Shown one piece after another: positions 11,051 to 22,169 of a stretch of 64,000 nucleotides of DNA. The position numbers and the translations under genes were made by a program. Source of the DNA: Octopus sinensis. Lineage: Eukaryota. Positions within the stretch are counted from its first letter, which is position 1, and every line of letters begins with the position of its first letter. The notes under the pieces are model-generated. The model had not been told where the DNA came from, made no database searches, and saw nothing but the letters and a program-made list of their open reading frames with translations. The stretch covers positions 22,444,001-22,508,000 of the forward strand of contig NC_043003.1 of assembly GCF_006345805.1 (NCBI RefSeq). Reading direction: 5' to 3'.

Positions 11051-11559
11051 TGTTAACTTTAACGAATAAATGGCACTAATTGGCGATCAATCAACTCTGT
11101 GAATATTTTCTCACAGCAAAATTCAATTGACAGAAGAAAATGACAATTTGATTGGTAATTGAACGTGGAAATTTAGCTAACAGTTTCTTATATGAGACAA
11201 AAAATGAGCGGTATTTTTCGACTTTTGCGTGACTCACTTGATTTGACATGTACATGCCCATTATTTATTCTTTAATTCTGTTTCACGAAGAAGGAATTTT
11301 AGTATCAACATTTCAAATTACGAGTTATTTTTTTTTTTTAGTAAGCATAATTGAACGATATTTTGGCAAATTCTTCTTATAATTTTTACGAATTTTACAG
11401 ATCAAATTCATCGGTTACATTCTAAAAAAGCACTATTTGGTCGGTCCTGGTACCTTATTCATCCACACGTTTTGCTTTTTTATCGGTCAACATCGCATAT
11501 TGCAGAACCCTATATTCCATTTGAAGTTTTCCTGTTTGCATTCAATTAGAGATTTTCGA

Positions 11560-14179
11560 TAGGATGCCTCGAAAAAGCAAATGCTTCCGTTTTGCGTTCC
11601 TTGCGGGCAAACGAAACAGAACAATGTGTGCGTCGGCATGCTTGCAATACTGATTCTACTGCAGTTACCAGAGTATCACAGACAGCTCAACAAGCAGAAC
11701 TCCGGCGTGCAAGCGATGCTGCCTCTACTTCAAATAGCTGTGCTTTAGAGACTGTTGAACAAAGGGCCACAAGACTTGGGGCTGATTCTCAACGTAAAAT
11801 GCGTTCTCATGTCTTTTCGAGGGTTTCTTCTTGTTGCTGGTTTAACAAGGCCTTTCATTACAGCCCCCACGAGGACTACGCGTCACACCCACATATCATC
11901 ATTGGCAACATGTTTACAGTTTGGGTCCATTGTAATGCAATGAGGTGGCCAGCAGAATCTAGCGATATATGCTGCTCCAATGGAACGGTTAGCTTGCCTC
12001 ATTTACAAGTCGGTGCCGAAACTTTGAAGTCCCTGCTGCTCGGAGACCATCCAGATTTAAACACTTTCTTCGGAATATAAGAGCCTACAATTCCGCTTTT
12101 CAAATGACAAGCTTTGGTCATACACCAATAAGAGATGGAAATTATATGCCCACCTTCAAAATACACCACCAAATTGGCTCCCTTATTCCACAAGATGGCG
12201 ATGAACACAGCTTTCTCCAGATTTACTTTGTGGGAAACGGATCTGAGGAAATTGCACGAAGAGCTTCAGTTGCTACAGGAACAAGACCATCTCTTCTGCA
12301 GCCTCTTCAGTATATGCTTCATACCATAAAACCCTTATGTAACCATTTTCAAAACTGCTCCTCAGGGTAGGGATGCTGACACTAATCAGTTTAAGGTTTG
12401 TCATTCAAAGTGACCTCGCTCCACCAGCGCAGCATAATTCTATTTTGATAATGCTTGAAGACACCACTGGAGGCATCCCCTTCCTTGATGCGCCAGGTGG
12501 CACAGGAAAGACATTTCTCCTCTACCTCCTTCTTGCCAAAGTTCGCCAAAGTGGACAGATTGCCATTGAAATGATGTCTCCAGGAATAGCATCAACACTG
12601 CTAGACGGTGGCAGAACATCCATTCAACAATTAAGCTTCTCCTTAACATCAGCCATGTTGAAAATCCTACCACCAATATAAACAAGAATTCTGTTGAGGC
12701 AGTTGTCTTTCAAAAATGCAAATTGATTGTCTGGGACGAGGCAACAATGTCCCACAAGAATGCACTTAATGCAATCGACACAGCGCTACAAGACTTGCGC
12801 TCCAACTCTAAACCGTTCGGAGGCGTCGTTATTCTTCTTGCTGGGGACTTTCTTCAAACCCTTCGTATTATCCCAAAAGGCACACCAGCTGATGAATTAA
12901 ACGCTTGACTTAAGAATTCTCATCTTTGGCATTCTGTACAGTCGAGAATGTTAACCATAAACATGCGTTCCATTCTCCACCAACAAGATGATGACAATTC
13001 CATTGCTTCAAAGTTATTGGATATCGGTAATGGGAGCTTACCACTCGACGTAAATGGTTTGGCTGACATAAATACCATCGGTAACAACGTCTCCAGTCCT
13101 GAGGAGCTATGCACAACAGTTTACCCCAATCTCTCTACCAATTACATCAGTCATGAATGGATGTGTGAAAGAGCCACCTTTGCTCCAACAAATGCTACCG
13201 TCCAAGTCCTAAACACATGTCTGTTTTGTCAATTTCCTACCCAAGAGCGATGCTATACTTCGGTTGATTCAGTTACTGATCCAACACAAATAATGTTTTT
13301 CCCAACAGAGTTTTTAAACTCACTAGAACCATCGGGATTGCTACCGCATAAACTTAGCCTTAAACTTGGTTGTCCTATTATGCTCTTGAGAAATTTAGAG
13401 TCTCCTCGGCTTTGCAATGGCACACTTTTGGCTGTTAAGCAATTGTTGGATAACGTTCTTGAAGCCACAATTATCACAGGAAAAGGCACTGGTGAGTCTG
13501 CTTTTATTCCCCGAGTTCCACTTATTCCGGCTGTGCCTTTGCAATGAAAAGAGTCCAAATCCCCATTTGATTAAGCTTTGCTATGACCATTAACAAAGCC
13601 CAAAGTTCTAGAGTTGGAAACTCGGCCAATCTCTTCTACTACGCTCCCGAAAGATTGACGAAAAACATGGTTTACAAGGTAGCCCTCTAATAGTTTTTCC
13701 ATTGGGTTGAAATCCTCTTCAGGTTGGTCCTTATTGCGCTTATTTACTCCTCACGACAGGTTATGTTAATCTTCCAACAAATGCCCATTGTTTGGCAGTT
13801 AAGTCAAGCATCTTTTTCATTTCAATGCATAGTTTCCCAGATGCCTCAGATAATTTCATATTGCAATTAGGCATATTTCTTACAGATTGCCTTCATGTCC
13901 ATAGAAATGTGTATGCTTTTTGTACCGATTCTTCAGCCACCCAGTCAATTAAAAGGCATTCCGAACGATAATTTTCCATATTTTTACATTTTAATACCCA
14001 ATATCTGCAAATAAAACATGTTCCTTTTTGAATACCACTTATTTTTGATTTAACGTCTCAACTATGTCAAATAATCCTCAATTTTAAGCATAGACAGAAG
14101 CGGAATTGCACTATTTTAGACTCCAGTTTTACCACGAACTTACCCCATCCAATGGACGGGTGGGGGGTTAGTTTGCTAA
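11560..14179 (+). mobile_element. Internally deleted, frameshifted Helitron (N-terminal region + PIF1-like helicase)
   Basis: AFHYSPHEDY..HP.I.IG.M...HC.A.RW..E...CC.NG.V.LP; MTSFG...MPTFKI..HQIGSL...FLQIYF; DAPGGTGKT (Walker A, 12487); IVWDEATM; FGG..ILLAGDF.QTL; LTINMR; GCPIMLLRNL...LCNGT; AMTINKAQ. Possible decayed 3' end: hairpin CCCATCCAATGGACGGG, then CTAA|T at 14176-14180. 5' end not identified. Confidence 0.92.
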
Positions 14180-14194
14180 TATATATATATATAT

Positions 14195-14395
14195 ATTGAT
14201 TCGTTAGCTCCTGCACGCATTTTTTTCTCTCCTTGTTTCTCTCCGTGTTTCTTTTCTGTGTATCTTTCTGTTGAAGAGCGTAGGCTCGAAACGTAAAAGA
14301 CTTGTTTTATTTCCATTCCTGAGCGCCATACTAATACAATTGTTTGTTTGTACCCCACTTGCCTTCGTCTTCTGTTTATTTTCGTAAAGCTTCCT
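14195..14395 (+). mobile_element. Short Penelope-LTR-like element between (TA)n tracts, carrying a hammerhead motif
   Basis: Related to 47320-47505 (GAGAGCGTA.GCTCGAAAC.T.AAAGACTT...TGAGCGCC). Confidence 0.62.
14263..14300 (+). ncRNA. Minimal hammerhead motif, core variant (A6 to U)
   Basis: UCUUU-CUGUUGA-A-GAGC(GUAG)GCUC-GAA-ACGU-A-AAAGA. 5-bp stem I, 4-bp stem II, GUA triplet. Confidence 0.6.
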
Positions 14396-14508
14396 ATATA
14401 TATATATATATATATAAAATATTATTCGAGACAAAACCACTATTTTGCAAAACAAACAAGGAAAGACTTAATCAATACATAAATTTTAATAAATAGTCAA
14501 AAAAACCG

Positions 14509-14551
14509 CCACTACAATCGTTTCTTGTCTTGATCGACAATCTTCAGGTGG
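14509..14551 (-). ncRNA. Minimal type I hammerhead ribozyme, intact (mirror copy)
   Basis: Exact reverse complement of 14598-14640. Confidence 0.78.
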
Positions 14552-14597
14552 ACTTCCAATAATTCAGTTCATAATTTGACACTGAATTATTGGAAGT

Positions 14598-14640
14598 CCA
14601 CCTGAAGATTGTCGATCAAGACAAGAAACGATTGTAGTGG
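14598..14640 (+). ncRNA. Minimal type I hammerhead ribozyme, intact
   Basis: CCAC-CUGAAGA-UUGUC(GAUCAA)GACAA-GAA-AC(GAUU)GU-A-GUGG. All core nucleotides and three stems are present; predicted cleavage 3' of A14636. Confidence 0.8.
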
Positions 14641-14923
14641 CGGTTTTTTTGACTATTTATTAAAATTTATGTATTGATTAAGTCTTTCCTTGTTTGTTTT
14701 GCAAAATAGTGGTTTTGTCTCGAATAATATTTTATAATATTTTACTATAAAATCGATTTAATCCTAAATCTGATTTTTTCCCTGTAAATTTGGATTTATT
14801 CCCTAATATTTATTATATATATATTATATATATATAAAATTTAGATTAACATGTCTCATTTGAGTTATCTCCCTTGATGCTTGCAGATTTAAAAGAAAAC
14901 AAAGAAAGATTTTGGGGCATTCC

Positions 14924-15178
14924 TTCGATATAGCTCGACAAGGTCGAGACATTTCACTTCGGGTATTTCCGTGGTTTGTGGAGTATAGATATAACGAAAT
15001 TATGCCAGCAATGTCTCATTTTAAACTTAAAGAAAAAAAAGGCTTGCATATTTTTTTCTTACTTGTTTGATGTGTGTTATGTAAAATCCGCAAATTTCCA
15101 AGCAGAAAACAGAATCGAACTGTCATTTGCTTCCACGAAAATACCCGAAGTGTTTTGATTTTGTCGAGCTATATCGAA
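14924..15178. mobile_element. Small MITE-like element with ~50-bp imperfect inverted ends
   Basis: TTCGATATAGCTCGACAA...CACTTCGGGTATTTCCGTGG versus CCACGAAAATACCCGAAGTG...TTGTCGAGCTATATCGAA. No TSD established. Confidence 0.6.
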
Positions 15179-15559
15179 AGAAGGTCAATTTTTGTCTACA
15201 AATTGCTTGTATAGTCACAGTTAGTCGAAGTTTTTCTACTCCCAATGTTAAACATATGAGATTCTCCCTTAGTTATATTTATTATACCGGTCGATCAAAT
15301 AACACCACAGCATCAACACAATGTATGTATGGCAAAGTAAGAAGAAAGCGTCTGGTAAGACGTAAACAGCGCGGTTTCAATTCATAGTTCAAGCTGGTTC
15401 ATTCCGGTTTATTTTTCTTTTTGCTTGTTAATGCTCTCTGTTGAAATGTGTTAATCCCCTCATCTACCTGTTTTGCCTTCCCCTGAAATACAGGGCTTTG
15501 TAACTCGTCCGGTGTGTAGGTTGTGTATGTGTGTGTGGGGGTGGAAGTGCTGGTAGTGG

Positions 15560-15734
15560 TGGTGGCGATTATGATGAAGTACTACCACCGCTACCATCAC
15601 CATCATCACCATAACGATCTCCACAACAGCCCCTATCATGTTCTCTCTGACAAACCCTATAATCACCACCGCTAACACAACCACCACCACCACCACCACC
15701 ACCACCATGCCCCCAACGCCACCAATAGCACCAT

Positions 15735-15773
<39 letters not shown>

Positions 15774-16620
15774 CTCCACCAGCACCACTTTCACACCATC
15801 ATCACCGTCAGACTATTACCACCACTACTACCATCCCCATCAACATCACTATTATCACCATCACCACCACCACACCACCAATTACACAATCACCGTCAAT
15901 ACTACTATTACTACTATCTTTACCATCACCACCCTCACACCATCACCGCCACCACCACCACCACCACCACCACCACCACCACCACTACTACCATACCCAT
16001 CGGCATCACTATTAACACTACCACCACCACCATCATAAACCACCAGTACTACTACTACTACCATATTCCATCGGCATCACCATTAACACTACGACCACCT
16101 CCACCACCACCACCACCACCACCACAACTACCATCACAAACCACCACCACTACTACTACTACTATCATACCCATCGGCATCACCATTAACACTACCACCA
16201 CCACCACCATCATAAACCACCAGCACTACTACTACTACCATATTCCATCGGCATCACCATTAACACTACGACCACCTCCACCACCACCACCACCACCACC
16301 ACCACCACCACCACCACCACACAACTACCATCACAAACCACCACCACTACTACTACTATCATACCCATCGGCATCACCATTAACACTACCACCACCACCA
16401 CCATCATAAACCACCAGTACTACTACTACTACCATATTCCATCGGCATCACCATTAACACTACGACCACCACCACCACCACCACCACCACCACCACCACC
16501 ACCACCACACAACTACCATCACAAACCACCACCACTACTACTACTACTATCATACCCATCGGCATCACCATTAACACTACCACAACCACCACCACCGCTA
16601 CCACCATTATTCCCCCATCG
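15560..16620. repeat. Cryptic (ACC/ACT/ATC) trinucleotide block with a higher-order ~180-195-bp triplication
   Basis: Landmarks CATCATAAACCACCAG.ACT... and CCATCGGCATCACCATTAACACTAC recur in three units starting at ~16029, ~16208 and ~16403. Confidence 0.9.
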
Positions 16621-16959
16621 TCGTCACCGCCATTCCAAATCCTCACTAACCGTCACTTCACTTCACAAGCTACTGAAGTTTGAACAAACATTTTCCTTTT
16701 TTTCACCAGTGTCGAAAAACGAAACAAAACAAAACACAAAACCCCTTAACTTACTCCCACGCCGACCCCCCCCCTACCAATCCAGTTCACAAACAAGAAA
16801 ACACAACGTTCAGCATTAGGATGAAAGTGGGACAGGATAGGTAGTAGAAGTATGGCTGACTCATAAGAGGAACCGAAGTGGGAGGTCAGCGGCGGCTGGG
16901 ATAGTGACAGAAGTCTCTTAAGTAAATACACCATGTACACAGTAGAGGCCAGTGTATAG

Positions 16960-18015
16960 CTGTGGTGATGATGGTGGTTGTGTTTGTAGTAGTTCTGTGA
17001 TTGGGTTGGTGGTAGTTAGTAGCCGTGGTGGTGGTGTTTGTAGTGATATTAGTTGTGTTGGTGGTGGTGGTAGTAGAAGTGGTGTTTGTTATTGTGGTCG
17101 TAGTTGTAGTCGTAGTGGTAGTTGTGTTGGTGGTGGTAGTTGTTTTGGCGGTAGTAGTTGTGTTGGTGGTGGTAGTTGTGTTGGTGGTGGTAGTTGTGTT
17201 GGTGGTGGTAGTTGTATTGGTGGTGGTAGTTGTGTTGGCGGTAGTAGTTGTGGTGGTGGTGGTAGTTGTGTTGTTGTTGGTAGTTGTGGTGGTGGTGGTA
17301 GTTGTGTTGGTAGTTGTAGTGATGGTGGTGGTAGTTGTGGTGGTGGTGGAAGTTGTAGTGGTAGTGGTAGTTGTGGTGGTAGTTGTAGTGGTAGTAGTTG
17401 TGTCGGTGTTTATTGTAGTGTTCCTGTTGATGATAGTTGTAGTGGTGGAGGTGGTGATGGTATTTGTGGTGGAGTTTGTGTGGTGGTTGTGTTGGCGGTG
17501 GTGATGGTATTTGCGGTGGTAGTGGTGTTTGTGGTGGTAGTTATGGTGGTATTTGTGGTGATGGTAATAGTTGTTGTGGTGGTGGCAGTTGACGATGTTT
17601 GTTGTAGTGTTTGTATCGTTGATGGTGTTTGCGGTGGTGGTTGCTATGGCGACATCTGTTGTAACGGTGGTAGTTGGGGTGGTTGTAGTAGTAGTTGTTC
17701 TGGTTGCCATGGTGATAGTTGTAGCAATGCTTGTGGTGATGGTAGTTGTGGTGGTGCTTGTAATGAAAGCAGCCATGGAGTTTGTTGTGCTGGTGGTAGT
17801 TTTGGTGGTGTTTGCGATAGTAGTTGTAATTGTGATGTATGTGGTGGTGGTGATGGTGGTGGTAGTAGCTATAATGTTCGGAGTGGTGATAGCTGTGGAA
17901 AATGTGTTAGAGATAGTTTGGTGGTGCTTGTAGTAGTAGTAGTAGTAGTAGTAGTAGTTGTTGTTGTTGCAGTAGTAGTAGTTATAGTGTTTGTGGTGTT
18001 GGTAGTTGTAGTGAT
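16960..18015. repeat. Cryptic (GGT/AGT/TGT) trinucleotide block including an 18-bp minisatellite
   Basis: GGTAGTTGTGTTGGTGGT repeats at ~17140-17240; gives Thr-rich ORFs on the minus strand. Confidence 0.9.
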
Positions 18016-18149
18016 GTGGTGGAGATAGGGAGCAATATCGACATAAAAACATCTGTACTCATGCAAAATATGGCGGCGGAAGAAAACACCATTTCATTTG
18101 TTTGTCTATTTATTTATTTATTTATTTTAAATCTTCATTGCTTTCGAAG

Positions 18150-18775
18150 CGAATACATATTTACATCCATCGATTGATTCCTATATCTGCCACTCCCTCC
18201 ATACACCCATGTACCCTTGAATTCATAAAATTCCCCATCTATCCACCCTTCGCCGATCCCATTCCGGCATCCATCTATCCGTCCTTCAATCCATCCGTCC
18301 GTCTGTTCATTCATCCATCCGTTTATTCACCAATCCACCAAACTACCAATCTGCCAATTCAGAAATTTATTCAGCCATGTTCTAACCCTAGCTCACTACC
18401 AGTCCCCACCCTCTATCCATTCATTCATCCATCCATCCTTCCTCCCACACAACCATCCATCCACCGATGCAACCATCAATCCAGCGATGTATCCATCCAT
18501 TCACACAACCATCTATCGATTAATCGATCGGTCCATCCAACAGATCCATGCATACACCAATCCACTAACCCATCAATCCATCCATCCATCCATCCACCTA
18601 CCCACCCATCGATCGATCGATCCATCTACTAATCCATCCTTGCCTCCCCTTCCATACTCCCCCTCCCTCCTCCACTTCCTCCTCCCCCTCCCCTTCCCCT
18701 TCCCCCCCTCCCATCTCTCCCTCCATCTCTTCCTTCCTTCCTTCCTTCCTTCCTTCCTTCCACATTTCCTCTCTC
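18150..18775. repeat. Degenerate (TCCA)n and (CTTC)/(CT) tract
   Basis: Directly visible. Confidence 0.85.
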
Positions 18776-18789
18776 CCTTGCTCAACAAT

Positions 18790-19050
18790 TGTTAGCGCGT
18801 CGAACAAAATGCTTAGCGACATTCGGCAAAGGTTAATGATGGTTTCAAATTTTACTACAAGGTCAATAATTCTGAGGGGAGGGGCTTTGTCAACACCACC
18901 GACCCCAGTATTAAACTAGTACTTTTATCGACTCCGAAAGAATGAAAGGCAAAGTTGTCCTCGGCGAGATTTCAAGTCTATACGTAAAGAGCTGGATAAA
19001 ATGCTGCCAAGAATTTTGTTCGACGCGCTAACGAGTGTCAGCTCACCACT
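18790..19050. mobile_element. Degenerate SINE family A pieces in both orientations
   Basis: GTTAG.GCGTCG.ACAAAATGCTTAGCG head (+), then TTTTATCGAC..CGAAAG.ATGAAAGGCAAAGT (-). Confidence 0.65.
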
Positions 19051-19130
19051 TTTTGGCAAAGGTCAATAATGAGCAGAAGAATGTATCAGAGTTGCCAAGA
19101 TTTTAGGCTTAGGCACAAAATATGGCTTGT

Positions 19131-19430
19131 GGAGGCACATGGCCTAGTGGTTAGAGCAGCGGACTCGCGGTCGAGGGATCGTGGGTTCAAATCTCAGACC
19201 GGGATATGTGTGTGTTTATGAGCGAAAACCCCTAAGCTCCATGCGGCTCCGGCAGAAGGTAATGGCGAACCTCTGCCGACTCTTTCGCTACAACTTTCTC
19301 TCACTCTTTCCTCCTGCATCTTGCAGCTCACCTTCGACAGACCGGCGTCCCATCCAGGTGGGGAAACTATACGTCAAGGAAACCGGGAAACCGGCCCTTA
19401 TGAGCCAGGCATAGCTCGAGAAGGAACAAA
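19131..19430 (+). mobile_element. tRNA-derived SINE, family C head with an alternative body
   Basis: GTGGAGGCACATGGCCTAGTGGTTAGAGCAGCGGACTCGCGGTCGAGGGATCGTGGGTTCAAATCTC...; same subtype as 61738. Confidence 0.88.
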
Positions 19431-20427
19431 CAAAATATGGCTTACCGAACTTCAACTCATTACCCTGCAACCGAAGTTCAAATCCCGTCATGGTAGACTT
19501 TGTCTTTTGTTCTTTAAGGGGTTGATAAAATATATAACTATGATACCATTGTTATGTTTTTTTATCATTGCATGCGTTCTGCAGGTCTATTTATGACCGG
19601 TTACTAGTTCGAAGCAAGAGATTTGTTATTCAGTTGAGTAAAATTTCTGAACATAAAGGATTGCGTGTAACAGCGATTATATTGCATAAACCTTATACAT
19701 CACGCCATAGGAAGTTATGTGTTGTAGCCGATGTAATGGACTTTACCCGTCCTTTAATAAATGTGTAGCCTTGTTGTAAAGATGAGGCAAGTGGAGAGAA
19801 ATCGATAGAGATTGGAGCGGGATTCACAATTTAGAGAATTCACCTCTGTTCAATTTTTAGGTCAATATTTTCTCAACCTTGAAGACGTAAAATAAATGAA
19901 AGGCCAACCTTGGGCGGAATTTGAAGACAGAACGGAAATGAACAAGACATAAATAATGTTAAAGTATTTATTTAGTCTTGTACTTCAGCTCTTCATACAA
20001 CAATAATAATAACAACGATGACTATAAGATAAAAGCAACAGAAAAATAACAGAAATAATGGCAACAGTTTATAACAAGGTGATAGACATCTTAGTCTACT
20101 TCTAGAGCGATTGAGAAGAGGTCATTTGATGGAATTGTTAGAGCATCGGATAAATGTTTTGTAGCATTTGTTCCGTCTCTTTGCATTCAGAGTTCAAATC
20201 CCACTGAAGTTAATTTTGAGTTTAATTCTTTCATGGTTTTTAAAAATAAAGCAATGCTAGGTCCTGGGTTTGGTTTTCTATCACTCTTTCCTTCTGAATC
20301 AGTTGCATGGAGAGAAGGACGTCAAGGAGTATTCACAGTATTTTTTTTCTCCGTGAAAACCACTAACACTCTCAGTGGAAGAATACGGTCGCTGAGGCTC
20401 TGACAAAGTAAGACACGATGATTTTAA

Positions 20428-20743
20428 AAAATTATTTATGCGCCCTTTTCAAGCCTAGCTAGGCTTATGGGCCCGGTTTCCCTGTTTCTATGGCGTATGT
20501 ATCTCCCCTCCAGCTGGACGGGACGCCAGTCCATCGCAGCGTTACTCAAGAAACAGGAAGAAAGAGTGAGAGAAAGTTAGGGCGAAAGAGCACAACAGGG
20601 GTCACCACCACCCCTGCCAGAGCCTCATGGAGCTTTAGGTGATTTCGCTCAATAAACACACACAACGCCCGGTCAGGGAATCGAAACCGCGATCCTCCGA
20701 CCGCGAGTCCGCTGCCCTAATCACTGGGCCATTGTGCCTCCTG
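20428..20743 (-). mobile_element. SINE family C, full length
   Basis: Reverse complement of the 10065-10380 type; flanking GACA(C/T)GATGATT direct repeat. Confidence 0.92.
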
Positions 20744-21355
20744 ACATGATGATTACGCTAATAAAAATCACTAAATTTAGGCTATAAACCCTTACAATTG
20801 TTTCTGGCCATTCCAAGTATGGTAGCCATTATTTTAAATATTATTTCATCCATTCTCAAGGAATATTTGATAGATTTAGCTTGAATACAAATTAAGATTT
20901 CAATGTGACAAACCATCTTAACTAAAATCTAATTCAGCAAAGGTTGTTTAAGCATTATTGCTTGAACCACGTATAATCTGGTCGTTAAACCGTTCATAGA
21001 AGTCCGCAGTTCTTGTCTTGTCATAAACTCTGCTGTTGACTCATTACTAACTTTCAACTGCTCAGTCCACTTAACTATAAACAGTTACTACAGAATTCAC
21101 ACCTGTATGTAGCAGTAGCAATACTGAACCAACAAATGTTACAGTAGGCTGAAGAACTGAGTTTGGGATCTTCCCAAGTGTTTCAGTCATAATAGAAGCG
21201 CGAAGAATACAGGCATGCAACCTATTAATATTTTTCGACATCAACTTTCCGGATACTGATGGTCCGGATCATCAATCCGCAGTAAATTGCCCTAATGTAT
21301 AATTACCTGTATTTCCTCTAATTACACTGTAACAAAATTTTATTTTTATTTATTA

Positions 21356-21800
21356 CTAGCGTTATAGCCCGGCGTTGCTCGGGTTTGTTTTTTAGTTGCG
21401 CTTAAAACGTTAGACTTTGATGTCGCATTAACAACATTTTGACATAGTTTCAATCTTTTTTGAAAAGTAAAAATTTTGCATTATGTAGCTTGTTATTCTC
21501 TTTAAGTGAACATTTTTCTGGTTGAAATACACCGAAAAAATGGCGACACAGCAGTCAAAAGATCGTAAAAAATAGGGATTTTCATAGAAAAAAGCACCTT
21601 TTTGATGTAAATAATTTTTGGTGTTAACATGGTCCGATTTGAATTTTTTCTTCTACAGAATGAAGAGCAAGCCTTCTTCTATCAGACTCTCAATTTTGGT
21701 CAACTTGCGCCTGAAGGTCTCAGAGGCGATAGTGTTAGTTGAAGGCTACTAAACCTGCCACACACACACACACAGACAACTTCAGCTTTATATGTATAGA
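21356..21800 (-). mobile_element. Non-autonomous Helitron
   Basis: Minus strand: A|TCTATACATATAAAGCTGAAGTTGT... ending CCCGAGCAACGCCGGG-CTATAACG-CTAG|T. Confidence 0.9.
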
Positions 21801-21974
21801 TTATTATTTTTTTGTCTTTGGTCAGTAAGATCTATTTTCTATTTGTTTCTATCTTGCAATCAAAGGAAATAACTGCTATTCCCTTCAAAGTTTGCTTTTG
21901 TGACCTGGATATCAATGTTTTGAAACTAATCTAGAGAAATTCAGCGCTGATTTGCTGAAGCAGAAATGTCGTTA

Positions 21975-22140
21975 TGGCAAATATACCGCTCAATACACAA
22001 ATTTGTTTGTCAGTTGATTGACATTAACCACTTGAGCATGTCCCTTAATGGCTGACAATATGTGCATCTCTGATCATGAGCAGGAATAGCAGGGGAACAT
22101 CACAGTCATATGTTGAGAAGGATTCATTGGGGTTTGAATA
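21975..22140. mobile_element. Fragment of the unclassified interspersed repeat also at 29480-29900
   Basis: GCTCAATAC.CA.ATTTG.TTGTCAGTTG...CATGTCCCTTA.TGGCTGA..ATATGTGCATCTCTGATCA.GAGCAG is shared. Confidence 0.75.
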
Positions 22141-22169
22141 AATGTGATAAAAGCAAAGTTTGAAGGACA

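Larger units (their letters stand above)
14413..14736. repeat. Perfect 156-bp inverted repeat with a 12-nt loop (inverted Penelope-like LTR)
   Basis: 14413-14568 is the exact reverse complement of 14581-14736; loop TCATAATTTGAC. The right arm continues as a non-duplicated tail to ~14815, then (TA)n. Confidence 0.95.

Noticed and set aside
21307-21326. 20-nt micro-exon candidate with good splice sites on the minus strand
   Set aside because: In the phase required by the upstream exon it reads GTG TAA; unsupported without RNA data.
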